From NCBI GenBank assembly GCA_004764695.1, contig SMSO01000032.1, positions 124,001 through 188,000 on the forward strand: a DNA stretch of 64,000 nt, given 5' to 3'. The stretch is from Schizochytrium sp. TIO01. Taxonomy: Eukaryota; Protista; Bigyra: Labyrinthulomycetes. A program made the position numbers and the translations under genes. The notes under the pieces are model-generated. The model worked only from the letters and a program-made list of their open reading frames with translations. It did not search any database and was not told where the DNA came from. This document shows positions 58,419-64,000 of the stretch, in pieces (the stretch's first letter is position 1; every line of letters starts with the position of its first letter).

Positions 58419-59466
58419 AAGCAAGCAGCGTGTATTCTGCCTGCCTGCCATCGTAATTAATTACATATGGTCTTCATCGCGGTAGTGCTTGGTGAGTGGG
58501 AGGAGGTCCACGCGGCAGCGGAGGAGGAGGTCGCTTCTCTGAGGATCCGCCACCGCAGCTCATGAAGAACAGAACCGCGTGCTTTCTCTTACTTTACTTT
58601 CTCCACTTTTTCTTTTGGATGAAAAAATAACTAAGTTTACCATGAGTTTTATTTAACACACCAGATCATGCCTGGCAGCCTAGCTGGCTGGCTGGCTGGC
58701 TGGCTGGCCAAGCTAAGGTGGGCGGCGCGAGGCGAGGACAGACTCGTGAAGGAGAGCGGAGCAATGGATCATTTGATTCATTTCTTTGTTTGTCGTTTAC
58801 AAGTAAATCTATTGTCTGACTTGATACTTTTTAACCATGCCTTCTCACATTCACTACCGGAGAAAAAGAGAAAAGAAGGGCTATTTTCTTATTAGCTTTT
58901 AAAAAATTAACTGTAAAATTAGGTTTAGTTTCACTTTATTATAAGTTTTAATTTAATTTCCTTTAAGAATTGAAAATAAAACAAACATCTTCTGCAAAGA
59001 TATTGAAACGGAATACACAGGTAAGACCTCGCTAAGCGCACATAGCAGTACACGCCTTCTTTCCTCCTCTGTTCTTTAGGTAGAAAGACGGTGACTCCTG
59101 CGATGGCTCAGGCAGAACAGCTAAACTTAGACGCAAGAATATCCAGAAAGCGACCACTGATCGCAGCTTTGATCGACGGTGTCGGTGGAAACCTCTCCAG
59201 CAACGCCACATTGAGCACGTCCACGACCCGTCGAAGAGCATGATTTGATCGCCTCCTCCTCCTCCTCCTTCTTCGCAGAACGGAGTTGCTTAGTCTAGTT
59301 TCATGTTCACGATTGTTTATTACTTTTAACGCAGAGCAGCAGAGCCGCAGAAGTGGCTAGGAGTCGTTAGGGGGCCTTAGGCGGAAAGTGTTTTACTTGA
59401 AATGAAAAGAAAGAAAACGAAAAGCTGAAAAGGCGAGGAGGAGCGCCTCTTCTTCCTGCTAATTGG

Positions 59467-59468
<2 letters not shown>

Positions 59469-59508
<40 letters not shown>
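59469..59508 (+). repeat. (TC)20 microsatellite about 0.9 kb upstream of choline dehydrogenase
   Basis: Read directly from the sequence. Confidence 0.97.
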
Positions 59509-59510
<2 letters not shown>

Positions 59511-60382
59511 TTCCGTTTAATTCGCGTGAAAACTTGCGGTCGCAAAAATCTCAGTCGCTCGACGACGTCCCTCTTTCACGCACAGGTGAGAGGATGAGCC
59601 CGAGCGACACGTCGCCATGGCGTATGAAGAGCCTATGCTTTCTTCGGTGGCCTCGGGTCGTCATTAGATTGGGCTTTTGATCGAATGATTCATCGATTGA
59701 TTGACTGATTAATTGATTGACTAATTGATTGGCTTATTTTAGTTTGTTTGATCAATTATTTATCGAGTTGGTTTTTTAAAAAGAAAAAGAAAAAGAAAAA
59801 GTAGAAAGCAGTAAACACTTTGGATAATCATAAAACTGAACTTACAAAAGTAAGTGAAAGGGAAAAGTGAAGAAGGACTGGTTCTTCACTTCTCCGAATA
59901 TGGTCGTGACAAAGTGAAAGCTGGCAAAAGCATTCATTCTATAAAGCGGCATAACAGCGCTTTAGGAAAATAGGTCTGTGAAATAATCTCATCGTCCGAA
60001 TTGATTGTCGATCCTTGTAATCCCATCGTTATAACACATTAGATGCTGAAAATGCTCATCGATTCATTCGCACCACCGCTAGTGTTAACGCTACTTGGGA
60101 CACCATAGGAAGGAAGTTTTATGTGAGGAAAGCAAAGTAGTTTTTTCTTTTTCTTTTCTTTTTCTTTTAAAAGAATGTTTTAAAGCTGTTGTTGATGCTT
60201 GCTTGACAAGTTGGTGATCTTGGACGAGCAAACCCCAAACGCGTAATCGCGCGCCAAACCAAACCCAAACTCCGCTGTACACCTCGGCGACGTCGGTCAG
60301 GACGTTGCTTAGATCACCTTTTGCAGGACCAGTTTGATCGGGCCTCGAGCTTGACAGTCAGTCACATACACTACTCAAGACC

Positions 60383-62179
60383 ATGTCTTCGTCTGCCGCC
60401 GCCTCCGCCGGAGGCCGTAACATCGTCAAGAAGGTCACAGACTACATCGTCCTCGGCGCTGGTTCCGCAGGATGTGTCATGACCAACCGTCTCAGTGAGA
60501 GCGGCAAGCACAGCGTCGCCCTCGTTGAGGCTGGCAAGTTCGATATTGGTCGCATTGATTCATGGACCATCCAGATGCCTGCCGCTCTCACCTACAGTGT
60601 TGCCGACGAGCGCTACAACTGGAACTACTACACTACCCCACAGAAGGGTCTTGCTGGCCGCAAGATCCACCAGCCTCGTGGTAAGGTTCTCGGAGGATCC
60701 TCCAGCATTAACGCCATGGTCTACGTGCGCGGTAACGCTCTTGACTTCGAGCGCTGGAACGACGAGGAGGGCGTCGAGAACTGGGGCTACAGCGACGTTC
60801 TGCCGTACTTCAAGCGTGCTCAGACCTTCAAGAGCCTTGACAAGGAAAGCACCACCGACCCGAGCGTGTACCGTGGCTATGACGGTCCTCTTAAGGTCAC
60901 CAACTACGAGGGCCCCAAGAGCCGCACCAACGTGCTCTTCAATGTCCTTGAGGAGGCTGGTGCTGAGGCTGGCTACGCCATCACCAAGGACACCAACGGA
61001 TACCGTCAGGAGGGCTTTGGTCCCTTCGACATGACCATTGACCCTGACACCGGCAAGCGTTGCTCTGCTGCCGCTGCCTACCTCCACCCGGCTCTTGCTG
61101 ACAAGAACCGCAAGCTTGATCTCTTCACCGAGACCCAGGTCCGCCGCGTGCTCTTTGACAAGGAGTCTGGAGCCAAGCCGCGTGCCATTGGTGTTGAGTG
61201 CGAGGACACCAAGACCGGTGAGATCTTCCACCTCATGGCCGAGAAGGAGGTCATTCTCAGCATGGGTGCCGTCGGCTCTGCCCAGACCCTCATGCTCTCC
61301 GGTGTTGGTGACCGTGAGCAGCTCACCAAGCACGGTATCACCGACATCGTGTACCACAACCCCGAGGTCGGTAACAACCTCCAGGATCACCTCGAGGTCT
61401 ACCTCCAGTACCTCTGCAACCTCCCGGTCAGTCTCTACCCTGTGGCCTCCTGGACCCTCCGCCACCTTCACGAGCGTGTTGGTGTCGGTCTTGAGTGGTT
61501 CCTCCGCGGTACCGGCATCTGTGCCTCGAACCAGTTCGAGACTGGTGCCTTCATCCGCTCCGACAAGGGTATCAAGTTCCCTGATATCCAGTACCACTTC
61601 ATCCCTGGTTGCGTTTTGGGTCAGCTTGACTTCCTCCCGCACCACGGATTCCAGATCCACGTGGGTACCCTCCGCCCTACTGCCCGCGGTAGCATCACCC
61701 TTGCCAGCGGCAACCACAAGGATGCTCCTTTGATTGACCCGAACTTCCTCGGAACTCAGCAGGATATTGAGGACCTCCGTAAGGCCGTGCGTCTTGCCGA
61801 TGAGGTTATCCAGCAGCCTGCCTTCAAGGCATACAAGGGCAAGCGCCTTGCTCCTGATGCCGACATTGACACCGTCAACGTTTCCAAGGAGAGTGACGAG
61901 CTCATCGATACCTGGGTCCGTGAGTCCTCGCACAGTGCCTACCACCTTTCCTGCACATGCGCCATGGGCAAGGTCGTCGACTCCAACGGCTCCGTCTATG
62001 GTGTTGACAGCCTCCGTGTCGTCGATGCCTCCATCATGCCTCACATCACCAGTGGAAACTTGAACAGCCCCACCATCATGCTTGCCGAGAAGATCGCGGC
62101 TAACGTGACCAAAACTGAACTGGCCCCTGAGCACGAGGACTACTTTGTGCACCCCGAGTGGGAGACCAAGCAGCGGTAA
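60383..62179 (+). CDS. Choline dehydrogenase (GMC oxidoreductase, BetA/CHDH-like)
   Basis: DYIVLGAGSAGC, IQMPAAL, PRGKVLGGSSSINAMVYVRG, NGYRQEGFG, VGNNLQDHLEVY, SAYHLSCTCAMG, LRVVDASIMP, SGNLNSPTIMLAEK. Strong C-ending codon bias. Confidence 0.93.
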   Translation: MSSSAAASAGGRNIVKKVTDYIVLGAGSAGCVMTNRLSESGKHSVALVEAGKFDIGRIDSWTIQMPAALTYSVADERYNWNYYTTPQKGLAGRKIHQPRGKVLGGSSSINAMVYVRGNALDFERWNDEEGVENWGYSDVLPYFKRAQTFKSLDKESTTDPSVYRGYDGPLKVTNYEGPKSRTNVLFNVLEEAGAEAGYAITKDTNGYRQEGFGPFDMTIDPDTGKRCSAAAAYLHPALADKNRKLDLFTETQVRRVLFDKESGAKPRAIGVECEDTKTGEIFHLMAEKEVILSMGAVGSAQTLMLSGVGDREQLTKHGITDIVYHNPEVGNNLQDHLEVYLQYLCNLPVSLYPVASWTLRHLHERVGVGLEWFLRGTGICASNQFETGAFIRSDKGIKFPDIQYHFIPGCVLGQLDFLPHHGFQIHVGTLRPTARGSITLASGNHKDAPLIDPNFLGTQQDIEDLRKAVRLADEVIQQPAFKAYKGKRLAPDADIDTVNVSKESDELIDTWVRESSHSAYHLSCTCAMGKVVDSNGSVYGVDSLRVVDASIMPHITSGNLNSPTIMLAEKIAANVTKTELAPEHEDYFVHPEWETKQR

Positions 62180-62770
62180 ATTACATCCGTCTCTCAATGC
62201 CTGCACTTATCTAACAAGAGACAATAAATTACAACCTGAGCTCTTATGTATCACGGAAGCCACCTCGAGCCTTGCGAGCCATAGGTGTACCTCCTTCGTT
62301 TAGAGCGTCCTCACACGTTTTTAATTCTTCGTATGAATTAAAACCTATAAACACCTGTTTTTAGTCTTTGCTTACTTTATAACCTTTAAAAAAGAAAAAA
62401 CAAACTTGATAAACCGAATATATATCGTTTGTGGAAATACAACTTTATCTGTCATGTGTGCATTTGATTGACTTGCTTTGCCAATGTTCACCTTCAGATA
62501 TTACTTCTTTGTTAGGTACGTCAAGGAAATTACTTGAAGAAAGTTTACGCTTTGTGATATAACACCATTCCTTCTGTGGTAAACTTTCCCTATAATAGTC
62601 ATACAAAAGAGTGACTAGGTTTTGGTAGTATCTTTTGAATTTCCTCTTTCTCAAATTTGACCTGCTTTTTTATTTTAGGGGAAAATATGACAGCTACTGA
62701 AGATTGTTCGTTTGACACAAGGAAGAGTAAAAAACATGTCAACTGCAGCTATTTTAAATACTCAGATATC

Positions 62771-62792
62771 GGGGGGGGGGGGGGGGGGGGGG
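62771..62792 (+). repeat. G22 homopolymer
   Basis: Read directly; lies 4 nt past the stop codon of the minus-strand ankyrin gene. Confidence 0.9.
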
Positions 62793-62796
62793 TGGC

Positions 62797-64000
62797 TTAG
62801 GAGGCCTCCTCCATTTCGTGGCAAGTCAAACCAGCTTTGTTGATAATTTTATCATTTGCACCAGCACGACGTAACATAAAGAAAATTCGTTTCAGGTCGT
62901 ACGCCTTCGCAAAGTGCATAGCTGTCTGTCCTGTCATGTTTTGCAAATCCACATTGACACCTCGATCGAGGAGAATCTGTACATAGTCATCGTGGCCATT
63001 CTGCACAGCAACATGCAAAAGGGAATTCTGACAATCATCCACAATATTTATGTCGATCTCGCTCGGATTATCACTAACAAACTTTACAATCCCAACTTCG
63101 TCATCACTTTCACCAGGCACATAAATTTTAGTGCCACTTAGAAAGGCAAGAAAATCATCTGTGCGATGCCATCGACAGCGCGAAAAAATCGGATGAATAA
63201 CTTTTTTCCGCTTGTTTTTAAGTTTAGCCCGAAATATACTTCCGTTGGGATCATCATCCGAGATACCAAGAATCTCTCGCATGCGTAATTTCCAGCGCAT
63301 AAGGAATTGAACAGAGCCTAGTGCTGTAGAAACCTCCTTATCCCGGCGCACCTTGTCCAGCTCATATCGCAATAACCAATAAGCATACCAGCATGCTTGC
63401 TCAATCTCGGAGGGCATTCTGCGAGCAACTCCAGATGCACTGTTTAATGATGATGACGATGGCGTTGGCAGTGTAGGCACATCTTGTTCTGCATCACGAG
63501 GCTGTGCTTCAAGTTTTGAGTTTGCGATAATAATCAAGTGAGTCACATGACGCATGCGCTGCCGGTGAGCTACAACCTGGGCCTCCAAGGCTGGTGTGCT
63601 GGCACTTGAATCAAGCATCTGAATGGCGAGCTGAACATCCATAGCATCAGCGTCCCAAATAGATTTCAACCTTTGCAAAGACATATCCTCTTCCTTGAAC
63701 ACGCCATGTGTTTTCGCGAGTTTTGCGATTCCACCCTCCCCATTCTCCCAGTCAGCTGCTGAGAAAACATCAAGCTCAAAGCAAGCTGCAACGAAATCAT
63801 CATGTTGTACGGTCTCAGAGTTGGCACCACGCTTAAGGGCGTTATCATAAACCACTTCAACACGACGCTTACTAAGGCCTGGGTTAATCGCTCGAACAGC
63901 AATAGAAAACGCGGGTGCTGCTAAGATTCCATCTTGTGCCGAGTCAGCTGCTACAAATAGAGCTCCTAGTCGAGTAAGAACGCGTTCTTTAGCATTTTGC
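62797..64000 (-). CDS. C-terminal part of a protein with degenerate EF-hand-like motifs and C-terminal ankyrin repeats (5' end outside window)
   Basis: Frame stays open from 63855 to the window edge (QNAKERVLTRLGALFVAADSAQDGILAAPAF...). Ankyrin repeats NSLLHVAVQNGH and GQTAMHFAKAY. Confidence 0.8.
   Translation of the reverse strand, partial: QNAKERVLTRLGALFVAADSAQDGILAAPAFSIAVRAINPGLSKRRVEVVYDNALKRGANSETVQHDDFVAACFELDVFSAADWENGEGGIAKLAKTHGVFKEEDMSLQRLKSIWDADAMDVQLAIQMLDSSASTPALEAQVVAHRQRMRHVTHLIIIANSKLEAQPRDAEQDVPTLPTPSSSSLNSASGVARRMPSEIEQACWYAYWLLRYELDKVRRDKEVSTALGSVQFLMRWKLRMREILGISDDDPNGSIFRAKLKNKRKKVIHPIFSRCRWHRTDDFLAFLSGTKIYVPGESDDEVGIVKFVSDNPSEIDINIVDDCQNSLLHVAVQNGHDDYVQILLDRGVNVDLQNMTGQTAMHFAKAYDLKRIFFMLRRAGANDKIINKAGLTCHEMEEAS

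Noticed and set aside
58251-58451. Repetitive peptide ORF (LYWFLYWF...LYELLYEL) or CRISPR-like array
   Set aside because: Simply the translation of the 12-bp minisatellite; no spacers and no cas genes.
60560-62206. 548-aa antisense ORF opposite choline dehydrogenase
   Set aside because: A codon-bias shadow of the sense gene (few TTA, CTA or TCA codons) with no recognisable motifs.

Overview
Eukaryotic, intron-poor, moderately GC genomic DNA. The gene set, short GT-AG introns with CTAAC branch points and (ATTC)n microsatellites suggest a flagellated protist, probably a thraustochytrid/labyrinthulomycete stramenopile (inference, not proven). About 17 protein-coding genes are supported: dienelactone hydrolase, a large low-complexity orphan, IMP1 peptidase, a spliced myristoylated EF-hand/calpain-like pseudoprotease, a Vti1-like SNARE without a TM anchor, a macrodomain protein, an AVT1-type amino-acid transporter, spliced SDHAF3/ACN9, PP2A scaffold A, a G6PD-hexokinase fusion, UBA2/SAE2, an IQCB1/NPHP5-like protein, GCP3, two ankyrin proteins (one cut by the window end), TMEM181 and choline dehydrogenase. 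The standout is the single 976-aa ORF at 30801-33731, which joins glucose-6-phosphate dehydrogenase to an intact-looking hexokinase. Its G6PD half keeps the substrate and catalytic residues but has a remodelled NADP-binding fold and a long insertion carrying an AMPK/SnRK1-like site. There is also an 11.5-kb ORF-poor, repeat-rich region upstream of choline dehydrogenase and a recurrent intergenic palindrome, TACCTAGGTA. No rRNA, tRNA, CRISPR or mobile element was recognised. All family assignments are from motif recognition by eye; no database search was run.
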